Shown one piece after another: positions 36,322 through 43,239 of a stretch of DNA of 43,239 nt. Where the stretch lies: the IMG/VR virus record IMGVR_UViG_3300039441_000062, positions 1-43,239 of that record. One strand, 5' to 3'. Both the position numbers and the translations under genes were made by a program. The notes beneath the pieces were generated by a model. It ran no database searches. It was not told where the DNA came from and worked only from the letters and a program-made list of their open reading frames with translations. Within the stretch, counting starts at the first letter, position 1. Every line of letters starts with the position of its first letter. This DNA is from a virus. Taxonomy: Duplodnaviria > Caudoviricetes.

Positions 36322-36838
36322 AGAATGGACCTGTAAAGCCTGCGGCAATGAATTCGAACGAATCCATCCCCTGTGTCCTCGTTGTGAAAGTTCTAACGTT
36401 GGACGAGCCTTCCGCACCCCACCCGGTATCAATGGAGGAATGCACAAGCCGCACTCCGCAAAGCTTACCGATGCGATTCTTCAAAACCAGTTCAACAAGC
36501 TCGGGATCTCTAACTTTCACACAATGGAGTTTGGGCGGGCGAACAAAGTTGAGTGGAGCCCGAAACATTTCCGAACTGGATACGAAGGCTCAACCAATCA
36601 CGGAGTCGAGCAAGCCCCGCTCATGGCCGGATTCGGAATTAACAACTTGATTCAGTCGGGGTTTAATCCTGGTATGCTCAAGAAAGAAGGCGGAGCTTAC
36701 GAGATTCCAAGCGATACGCACGGAGCGTATATCCCAGTCGGCACACCCATTGGCGGGCGCCCAGAAGCTTTATTAAAACGAACCTCAATTGTTGGGGGAG
36801 TTGATGTCGTTGGGAACCAAGTGGTGCGAGTGAAATAA
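36308..36838 (+). CDS. FmdB-like zinc-ribbon protein
   Basis: GGAGG and GTG 36308; PIIKEWTCKACGNEFE...CPRC. Confidence 0.7.
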   Translation: MPIIKEWTCKACGNEFERIHPLCPRCESSNVGRAFRTPPGINGGMHKPHSAKLTDAILQNQFNKLGISNFHTMEFGRANKVEWSPKHFRTGYEGSTNHGVEQAPLMAGFGINNLIQSGFNPGMLKKEGGAYEIPSDTHGAYIPVGTPIGGRPEALLKRTSIVGGVDVVGNQVVRVK

Positions 36839-36842
36839 ACCT

Positions 36843-37166
36843 ATGACCTGGGAATGGACCTATAGCGGAGTATTGCGAGAAGACGGTTGGGCCGGCAACT
36901 ACGGTGGCGCCGGATCAGTCGCGAAGACCGGTAAAGCTGGTGGCGATAAAGCGGCGGCAGTAGCCGGGAAAGCCGCACCTGGTCGGATGATCGGCGGCAA
37001 CGTCGAAGCCGAGACTGAGGCCGAAGCGCGTCAAAAGATTAAGGAGATTCACACTAAAAAACGGCTTCATTACAACCCCGATGGATCGGTTAAAGAAACC
37101 GAGATGATTGAGCCGGATATCGAGTTTACCGAGCTGACCAAGAAAACCGCCATTATTCATCTGTGA
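36843..37166 (+). CDS. Hypothetical protein
   Basis: 107-aa ORF, tight packing. Confidence 0.6.
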   Translation: MTWEWTYSGVLREDGWAGNYGGAGSVAKTGKAGGDKAAAVAGKAAPGRMIGGNVEAETEAEARQKIKEIHTKKRLHYNPDGSVKETEMIEPDIEFTELTKKTAIIHL

Positions 37167-38146
37167 GGAAATTAGCTTTCTTGCTTTTTACTCTTGTCGC
37201 TCTTCTACCAGCGAGCGCGTCCCATATCTTTGTTTACGATTTCCCTGATACTGAAGCAATACCTGATTTCTCTGTATGGACTGACGACTACGTTGATGGG
37301 GTATCGATTAGGATAAGGTGGAAAGATTTTGAGCCGACAAGCGGCGTCTACGTGACCGGCTTCCTTACCGGCATTCTTTCTGATGCGAAAGCGAACTCTA
37401 AGAAAGTGCTTTTGCGAATCTTAGTTCAGGGGAGTAATGCTCCGGCTTGGGTTAAGTCTGGTGCCGTTTTATTCAGTGCCTCGGATGCTGAGACGATCTG
37501 GGTGTATTGGGACAGTAGCGCTTTAAGCGCACTGGCGGGCGTGTTTCAGGAAATTGCAAAAATTGCGGCCTCTTATCCTGGGGTAATCAACTTGGTTAGC
37601 TGTGGGTGCGATAGCCAGGGGGCGGGGGATTGGGCCTGTCCACATACCTTACTTGACAGAAAGGAGTGGGGTAAGCTCGGCTACACTTCGGCTAAGAATA
37701 TTAGTGGGTGCGAGAGTTATCTAACCTCGGCTTTTAGTAATCTGCCCGCCGCGGCGTCCGTTTATATGGCGGCAGGAAGGAACGGTAAACTCGATCCCGA
37801 TCCTAACTACGTGGCTTCTAGCGTAGCTAGTTACGAGCTTAGCAAAAACCAGGGCACTTTTTTCCTGGGAAAAAATAGTTGGTCAGCAGTGACGCCTGAT
37901 CCTAGCAAGGCTGCCGGTACTAGCTGGGAAATCATGACTGATTTTCCTAAGGCAACCCTTGGCGCACAGGCCCTTTGGTGGGTATGGGGTGATGCTAAGT
38001 ACAAGGATAACGGGGGGAAAGCCGATAGTGCTTTAAATATCATGACTAAGATGATGGCTAAGGCGCATACCTGGGCTTTAAGCGAGATCGAGGTTTACGA
38101 AATAGACGTGCGTAAGCTCGGTGCCACGATTCAGGCCAACAATTAA
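37163..38146 (+). CDS. Secreted glycoside-hydrolase-like TIM-barrel protein
   Basis: Signal peptide MRKLAFLLFTLVALLPASA; VDGVSIRIRWKDFEPTSGVY, KKVLLRIL, APAWV, YWD pattern of GH-A clan N-termini. Confidence 0.7.
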   Translation: MRKLAFLLFTLVALLPASASHIFVYDFPDTEAIPDFSVWTDDYVDGVSIRIRWKDFEPTSGVYVTGFLTGILSDAKANSKKVLLRILVQGSNAPAWVKSGAVLFSASDAETIWVYWDSSALSALAGVFQEIAKIAASYPGVINLVSCGCDSQGAGDWACPHTLLDRKEWGKLGYTSAKNISGCESYLTSAFSNLPAAASVYMAAGRNGKLDPDPNYVASSVASYELSKNQGTFFLGKNSWSAVTPDPSKAAGTSWEIMTDFPKATLGAQALWWVWGDAKYKDNGGKADSALNIMTKMMAKAHTWALSEIEVYEIDVRKLGATIQANN

Positions 38147-38147
38147 A

Positions 38148-39788
38148 ATGCGATTTCGCCACAATAGATATCGTAAAGACGACATCATGGAAGCCGCGTT
38201 CATGACCGAAGCTTCCAAGGCGAAACGTGTTCCTTATTATCACCGGTGCCGTGACTTGTTCCTTTACGGAGGAGATCCCTTGCAGGTTAACCGGGCGAAC
38301 AAGATCAAGCCCACGATTCTTACCCAGGGAGCATTTCTTTACGCGCCGCAATCGATCAATTTCTGGCTGGATATCCCGCCGCAGGAAGAAGACCCCGAGG
38401 CGTATTCGCGACTCGATCCTACCGCTGATAACCTGTTACTCAACTGGCACGATTCCAAGTGTGGTAAGAAATTTCGTTGGTGCGTAAACTGGTCTTTGGT
38501 GTACGGCGCGACTATTTTATCTATCCTCCCCCGTCTTCGTACCGATGGATCCGTTGAGATCCGAAGTGATTTTATCAACCCAGCCGATTTCGGGGTGTGG
38601 GACGATATGCAGCCTGACATGGGCGAGCAAGAAGCGGTCTCGCTGACCAACTACATCACTTACGCTCAGGTCAAGCGGATGCTAGAGTATCATCCGAATC
38701 CAGGCCATATCCTAAACTCGCTCATGACCGGGCAACGGTTGCCGGCTGGGTATGAGGGGATGATCCAGACTCCACCCAATGCCTCGATCTACAACATCGA
38801 TCCCAGCTTTTGGAAATGGTACTGGCAAGCGTTTGATTATACCCCGGTCCAACGTCAGCCGACATTCGAGATCAAGGACGTTTACGCCTGGGACGATGAC
38901 CTCGAAGATTACATGCTGTTTACGCTCACTGGCGACACCGTAATCTTTGATCGGCCGATGAGTTATGCCTGTTGCCCTGGATTGCTGCCGTTTGTCAAAG
39001 TGTGTGCGGATGAACACCCGGAATGGTTCTGGGGCATGTCACTTGCCGAAGACTTAGCCAAACTGCAAATGTGGTATCAAGATCGGATGGATGACCTCGA
39101 CATGCTGGCCGGTAAGGTCGCTGATCCTCCGGTTGCAGCGGTCGGGGTCGGCCAAGCATTTGATGAGAAGATCGCTCAGTACAAACGCAAGAGTGGCAAA
39201 CTGACTTTGCCACCCGGGTCTGATTTCAAATCTTTCCAGCCTGATATGCCGCAGAGCCTATTTGAGTTCGTTGGCGGGATCAGCGAGATGATGGACGAAC
39301 AAGCTGGTCACAAGCCGCCAATGCTGGGCAAGATGGGCGCTGGCGGGCGTGGCGGCGAAGCGATGCAAGCGGTCTTGAAAGTTGCCGGAAGCCAGATGTT
39401 AGCCAAAGCTTACGAGATCGAGCTTAACGCCCAAGACGCCGGTCAACTCCTTATGGCTTACGGGCGCCGGTACGATGATTCTTTTCTGATCGATAACAAG
39501 GGAAATAAATATCTGCTGGCTGATATGCCTTCCGATATCAAGGTCAGAGTCGATGGCCATTCCTCTAGCCCGGTCTTTGCGCAGAACGCGGCTGAGGTCG
39601 CTTATATGTTGCACCGGGCCGGAGCGATCCAAGATTCGATGCTGTTGCGGCTAACCAATATCCCGCAACTGAGCCGTGCGCTGTACGAATTGCGCGGGAT
39701 CGAGTTCCAGAAAAACATTTCGAAGTTCATGGTTCAAGAACTTCAAAACCAAAAGCGGAGCGGTCAATTCGAAGGAGCGAAAAAATAA
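38148..39788 (+). CDS. Portal protein
   Basis: About 546 aa; NKIKP, SLVYG, P.DFGV, PFVKV...FWGMSLAEDL..LQ, ADPP, helical C-terminus. Confidence 0.85.
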   Translation: MRFRHNRYRKDDIMEAAFMTEASKAKRVPYYHRCRDLFLYGGDPLQVNRANKIKPTILTQGAFLYAPQSINFWLDIPPQEEDPEAYSRLDPTADNLLLNWHDSKCGKKFRWCVNWSLVYGATILSILPRLRTDGSVEIRSDFINPADFGVWDDMQPDMGEQEAVSLTNYITYAQVKRMLEYHPNPGHILNSLMTGQRLPAGYEGMIQTPPNASIYNIDPSFWKWYWQAFDYTPVQRQPTFEIKDVYAWDDDLEDYMLFTLTGDTVIFDRPMSYACCPGLLPFVKVCADEHPEWFWGMSLAEDLAKLQMWYQDRMDDLDMLAGKVADPPVAAVGVGQAFDEKIAQYKRKSGKLTLPPGSDFKSFQPDMPQSLFEFVGGISEMMDEQAGHKPPMLGKMGAGGRGGEAMQAVLKVAGSQMLAKAYEIELNAQDAGQLLMAYGRRYDDSFLIDNKGNKYLLADMPSDIKVRVDGHSSSPVFAQNAAEVAYMLHRAGAIQDSMLLRLTNIPQLSRALYELRGIEFQKNISKFMVQELQNQKRSGQFEGAKK

Positions 39789-39795
39789 AACACCT

Positions 39796-40110
39796 ATGGG
39801 ATTAATCCAAGAAATTGAAGGGATCTTTGGCTTTGGGAAGAAAGCCAATCAACAACCTCAAGATGTAGCGGCGGCTAAAGCTGCTGCCGCTAAACTCGAC
39901 TCATGGCTGCAAGAAGGGGAAGGCATTGTTTCAATGCTCGCTCCTTTTGCTGCTACTAATCCTGTGGTCGCGGCTTTTGTAGGTATTGTGCAGGCTGGAC
40001 TTACTGATGGTGATGCTGCAGTGAAACTGCTCGAAAGCTGGATTCCGGCGCCGACTGCACCCGCTACTCCCGCGCCAGCACCTCCGGCTAGTCCTCCAAA
40101 GACGTCATAA
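39796..40110 (+). CDS. Small amphipathic/membrane protein with Pro-rich tail
   Basis: ATG 39796; IVSMLAPFAATNPVVAAFVGIV. Confidence 0.6.
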   Translation: MGLIQEIEGIFGFGKKANQQPQDVAAAKAAAAKLDSWLQEGEGIVSMLAPFAATNPVVAAFVGIVQAGLTDGDAAVKLLESWIPAPTAPATPAPAPPASPPKTS

Positions 40111-40142
40111 CCATTTTTCATAGACTGGGGAGTCACAATGAG

Positions 40143-40188
40143 ATGCCGCCGACTACGATGAAGGGTAGTTCGGCGGCATTCTCTTTTT
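40143..40188 (+). terminator. Intrinsic terminator
   Basis: ATGCCGCCGACTAC / GTAGTTCGGCGGCAT stem followed by TCTCTTTTT. Confidence 0.75.
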
Positions 40189-40192
40189 CCTT

Positions 40193-40465
40193 ATGAATTT
40201 CATCGTCAATGTAATTATCCAGCATGTGATCGGCGCTTTCGAGCAGGGCTGGAAGACAACCGTTTGCGGTTGCATTGTTGCGGTTCTCGGGGTCGCCCCA
40301 AAGCTGATCCCTCTTTTCGAAGGCAAGGGAATCGATCAGGTTGATTGGTCTAGTGTCGGTAGTCTGATAGCTGGAGCCATTGGCCTTGTGCTGGCTAAGG
40401 ATATCACGATCACTAAGATCATCGCCGGAGCGCCCAAAGCTAAACCAGTCGAGCAGCCTAAATGA
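40193..40465 (+). CDS. Holin-like two-TM protein
   Basis: WKTTVCG...IGLVLAKD pattern typical of small phage holins. Confidence 0.65.
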   Translation: MNFIVNVIIQHVIGAFEQGWKTTVCGCIVAVLGVAPKLIPLFEGKGIDQVDWSSVGSLIAGAIGLVLAKDITITKIIAGAPKAKPVEQPK

Positions 40466-40729
40466 GTGATTACGATTGGATCTTTGGGTCGTTTCTTTTG
40501 CTCACTTCTGTCTTTGGGGGCTGTGTCGGCTTTGTTATTGGCTGGTTGTGCCACTGTGAATGGGACCGTCGAGCAGGCTGGAGGAGCTATTCGAAACCAA
40601 GGCATCACTGTCAAGTTAGTGATTATCAACATTCCTATCGGTCCACCCTGCCCCGATACCGGCGAACAGTTTGCAGATCCGGAAGACGACTCGATGGGCC
40701 ATTCCAATAGACGAGGACCACCTCCATGA
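40466..40729 (+). CDS. Lipoprotein (possible o-spanin-like)
   Basis: Lipobox LLLAG-C; stop ATGA-coupled to next ORF. Confidence 0.55.
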   Translation: MITIGSLGRFFCSLLSLGAVSALLLAGCATVNGTVEQAGGAIRNQGITVKLVIINIPIGPPCPDTGEQFADPEDDSMGHSNRRGPPP

Positions 40730-40902
40730 AAAGGATGTTATTGCTTTTCAGTTTGTGCGCAGCGGCTTGCGCGGCAACGTCGACGCCTGTCCCTCGCGAG
40801 CGAGTAGTAATCACCGGCTTAAACCTGACAATCGTTACTGACACATCCACCCAGATCGTGGTCAAGGGGCAAAACATCAAGATCGCATTTGTTACCCCAT
40901 GA
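40726..40902 (+). CDS. Small secreted/lipo-protein, 58 aa (not in ORF track)
   Basis: MKRMLLLFSLCAAACAA signal; GAGG upstream. Confidence 0.55.
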   Translation: MKRMLLLFSLCAAACAATSTPVPRERVVITGLNLTIVTDTSTQIVVKGQNIKIAFVTP

Positions 40903-40922
40903 AAGGAGACTAGAGACATCAA

Positions 40923-41402
40923 ATGATTTTTGATCCAGCACTAGGCGTCAACTGCGTGATGACCATTTTCGGGCTGAACTACAACGCCAGTCGCGATGCT
41001 GGCGATAACGGGATTGGCGCTTTTGAAAACCAGCAGACCGGGCAACTATACCGGACAGCCAATAAGACTTTGGTTGCGGTATCTATCCCGATTCCGTTCT
41101 ACGAAGAGACACCGGATCTTTCGCGGGCAGACATCGAGTCCGGTCGAGCAACGTGCGTCATTCAGGATCAGCGCGGCAATGTTTTTGGAGATCTATTGAT
41201 TGCTGATCTTGGACCGGGAAAAGACGGCAAATTAATTCGCGCAGAGGATGGGCCGCACCTACTTGATCGGACTTGGAAGCTTTGCTGGATGATGGCGCAA
41301 AAGGGCAACCCGATGGATAACGTTAAAGCGACTTTCTGGCTTGTGAAGGACGGTCAAGCTTACACAATCCATGGACAGGATACCCCCTACATCACAGTAT
41401 GA
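40923..41402 (+). CDS. Putative endolysin, DPBB/RlpA-like lytic transglycosylase fold
   Basis: AAGGAG upstream; TIFG...GDNGIG...VAVSIP...IADLGP...LLD; adjacent to holin and lipoproteins. Confidence 0.6.
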   Translation: MIFDPALGVNCVMTIFGLNYNASRDAGDNGIGAFENQQTGQLYRTANKTLVAVSIPIPFYEETPDLSRADIESGRATCVIQDQRGNVFGDLLIADLGPGKDGKLIRAEDGPHLLDRTWKLCWMMAQKGNPMDNVKATFWLVKDGQAYTIHGQDTPYITV

Positions 41403-41593
41403 ACCAACATCTTTGGTGGAGTGATTACGCTGCTTATACTTGGGAGCGAATCGGCGACAAAGTGCAAATCACTCTCGTTGCCGATTGGTGGTACAAAGGG
41501 TTAGCTGAACACTTAAAGCAAGTGATTCCTACTAAAGAAGACGAGGGCCAAGCAAATGAAAAGTCTAGAAGCAAAAGAAAAACCGATCATTGA
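41399..41593 (+). CDS. Hypothetical protein
   Basis: ATGA-coupled 64-aa ORF. Confidence 0.5.
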   Translation: MNQHLWWSDYAAYTWERIGDKVQITLVADWWYKGLAEHLKQVIPTKEDEGQANEKSRSKRKTDH

Positions 41594-41825
41594 AGCCATT
41601 CTGAAAGAAACCCATAACCTACTCACTAGTTATTGGGGTGATATCGTGCGGGTGCGCGATTCGAAGGATAACGTGGTTGCAATCTCGATGACCTACAAGG
41701 TCGATAGCAGCGGCGAAAACCCGGTAGTCAAGGTTAAGATGGGGTTCAGCCGGCGTTACCACGATGTGAGCGAGGCCACGGTTGATATTGGCCAACAAGA
41801 GTTTGAGTTTCTGAAATCTCTCTAA
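41556..41825 (+). CDS. Hypothetical protein
   Basis: 89-aa ORF; GAGG upstream. Confidence 0.6.
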   Translation: MKSLEAKEKPIIEAILKETHNLLTSYWGDIVRVRDSKDNVVAISMTYKVDSSGENPVVKVKMGFSRRYHDVSEATVDIGQQEFEFLKSL

Positions 41826-41928
41826 AAGCGAAAATTCTTCGCTTTTGCTCGATTCTCCTGAGTCGCATTTTTTACTTTTTCCTCTTTTCCGAGCGTGCCA
41901 CTGTGGCGTTCAGAAAGGAGGAAACCTA

Positions 41929-41997
41929 ATGCTGCGAATTCTTGAGGAACTTCAGTTCCGTGGTCGGCGCGGGCGCCATGGTCGCAAACACCGATAA
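41929..41997 (+). CDS. 22-aa Arg/His-rich peptide MLRILEELQFRGRRGRHGRKHR (not in ORF track)
   Basis: AGAAAGGAGG Shine-Dalgarno 7 nt before ATG, in an otherwise empty gap. Confidence 0.65.
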   Translation: MLRILEELQFRGRRGRHGRKHR

Positions 41998-42021
41998 ACT
42001 GATCCTCGGATAAGTAGCAAT

Positions 42022-42483
42022 ATGGTGCCTGCCGATTTAACATCGTCTGCACCTTCTGCTGCTCCCCCTGGTGGGTCAGGGCCACTAGGCGCGGTTACGG
42101 CTCCGAGCCAGAACAATGCGGGCGGTGGTGCTCCCACCGCTACGCCTCCCATGGGTGCTCCAGTCGCCCAGAATGTGCCTGCTCGTGGCGCAAACGCAGC
42201 TCGCCAATTAACAGGTGGATTGGTTCTGAGAGGGTTAATGAAGATGCTCTCAAGCGACCTCAACCCGCAAGATGACGAGTACAAATCGATCACGCGAGCA
42301 ATTGATTTACTCGCTAAACATTACGTACCGGCACCAGCGGGGGCACCGACTCAACAACCAAGGATGGCGGCGCCAGGTGGTGCGCTACCTATGGGCGGGC
42401 CAGGCGGGCCAATGCCGCAGATGTCAGGCGGGCCGCAAGCAGGGATGACGCCTCCAGGTCCACCTCCAATGCCACAAGGATAA
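42022..42483 (+). CDS. Pro/Gly-rich protein of the head module
   Basis: Low-complexity termini with a helical core; upstream of scaffold. Confidence 0.65.
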   Translation: MVPADLTSSAPSAAPPGGSGPLGAVTAPSQNNAGGGAPTATPPMGAPVAQNVPARGANAARQLTGGLVLRGLMKMLSSDLNPQDDEYKSITRAIDLLAKHYVPAPAGAPTQQPRMAAPGGALPMGGPGGPMPQMSGGPQAGMTPPGPPPMPQG

Positions 42484-42485
42484 TC

Positions 42486-42674
42486 ATGAGCGCTAAGAAA
42501 CCTTTAATGTCGGATGAAAAACGTCGGTCGCTTCTTTGTGATCGATTTGGTGTAGCTATCCGTGGAATCAAAATCCACTGGAATTCGATCCTAGATCAGC
42601 GCCCGTTTGCGGACGGGCTCGAAGCTCATCAACCAAACCGCTGCTTAAAAGCGGGAACCGGAAAGAAAAATTAA
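42486..42674 (+). CDS. Hypothetical protein
   Basis: 62-aa ORF, tight packing. Confidence 0.5.
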   Translation: MSAKKPLMSDEKRRSLLCDRFGVAIRGIKIHWNSILDQRPFADGLEAHQPNRCLKAGTGKKN

Positions 42675-42676
42675 CC

Positions 42677-42850
42677 ATGGCCATTTCACCTCCCTCTCGC
42701 GGGAAGCCCCCGCACCCAGCGGATCTCGAACAACTAAAGCCAGGGCCGCTTGTCGAGGCGCCTAAGGTGCCGGATATGGGAAAACCGTCCTTAGAGAAGT
42801 TTAGACCCGGTAAGTTCGGCGGGAAAATTCTCAAGGTTGGAAAGAAGTAA
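42677..42850 (+). CDS. 57-aa Pro/Lys-rich protein (not in ORF track)
   Basis: MAISPPSRGKPP...GKK; fills the gap before scaffold. Confidence 0.55.
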   Translation: MAISPPSRGKPPHPADLEQLKPGPLVEAPKVPDMGKPSLEKFRPGKFGGKILKVGKK

Positions 42851-42853
42851 ACT

Positions 42854-43239
42854 ATGCCGGATCCGATTATGCCCGATACCGTGCCTGTGCCATTGATGCA
42901 CGCGCGGGCGTTGAACCTTATCAACTCTGATCCGGAAGCGTCGCGGATTCTCCAGGCGCAGGTTGATCGTCTAGACCCAGACGGAAAGGTTGTACCAAAA
43001 AATCAGCTCGGCAATCTCATGCTCGACCGGGCGATTGAAACGGCGATGAAGCCGTTGCGCGAGCAAAACGTTGAACTCCAGAAGAAACTCGAAAAGAAAG
43101 AGTTAGCCGATTATCACGAGTCGCAACGTCAGATCATGCGGCGTGAGTATCACCTCACAGAAAAGCAGATTAACGAGCTAGCCGAATGGATGGAGAAAGA
43201 TGGCGACGGCAATATGTACAAGTCGTACGAAGCAGCCTA
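42854..43239 (+). CDS. Putative scaffolding protein, N-terminal part (continues to 376)
   Basis: MPDPIMPD...; coiled-coil LREQNVELQKKLEKKE; open through the terminal overlap. Confidence 0.7.
   Translation, partial: MPDPIMPDTVPVPLMHARALNLINSDPEASRILQAQVDRLDPDGKVVPKNQLGNLMLDRAIETAMKPLREQNVELQKKLEKKELADYHESQRQIMRREYHLTEKQINELAEWMEKDGDGNMYKSYEAA
43093..43239. repeat. Terminal direct repeat / circular assembly overlap (copy 2)
   Basis: Identical to 1-147. Confidence 0.97.

Noticed and set aside
40462-40710. Alternative 82-aa ORF overlapping the lipoprotein gene
   Set aside because: The 40466 frame has a clean lipobox and is coupled to the next gene; a nested spanin-like pair cannot be fully excluded
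1-43239. Alternative genetic code / stop-codon reassignment
   Set aside because: Standard code gives dense, full-length genes (TerL, portal, 2012-aa protein) with all three stops in use

Overview
The window is an apparently complete, circularly assembled tailed-phage genome of about 43,092 bp. The first 147 nt are repeated exactly at 43093-43239, and the scaffold-like gene runs across the join. Gene content is podovirus-like: terminase, portal, scaffold, HK97-type capsid, adaptor, nozzle, short fibres and three ejection proteins, including a 2012-aa polyvalent protein. It also carries RecT, a PD-(D/E)XK protein, RusA, a leftward early operon headed by a DUF932-like gene, and a lambda-O-like initiator. 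I found no integrase, DNA polymerase, tRNA or CRISPR array. The host may be a soil Verrucomicrobium, but this is only an inference. The most unusual signals are: (1) a gene with a twin-arginine (Tat) signal built from two rearranged blocks of the phage's own major capsid protein, plus a second small gene ending in a capsid N-terminal motif; (2) an ejection-protein gene flanked by an inverted acyltransferase-like gene and a heme-oxygenase-like diiron enzyme; (3) a promoter- and terminator-bounded ~65-nt sRNA whose GU-rich seed is antisense to the start regions of three early genes; (4) shared hydrophobic leaders and a shared beta-module in several virion proteins; (5) two host-like secreted proteins. 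All family calls come from motif recognition by eye, not database searches.
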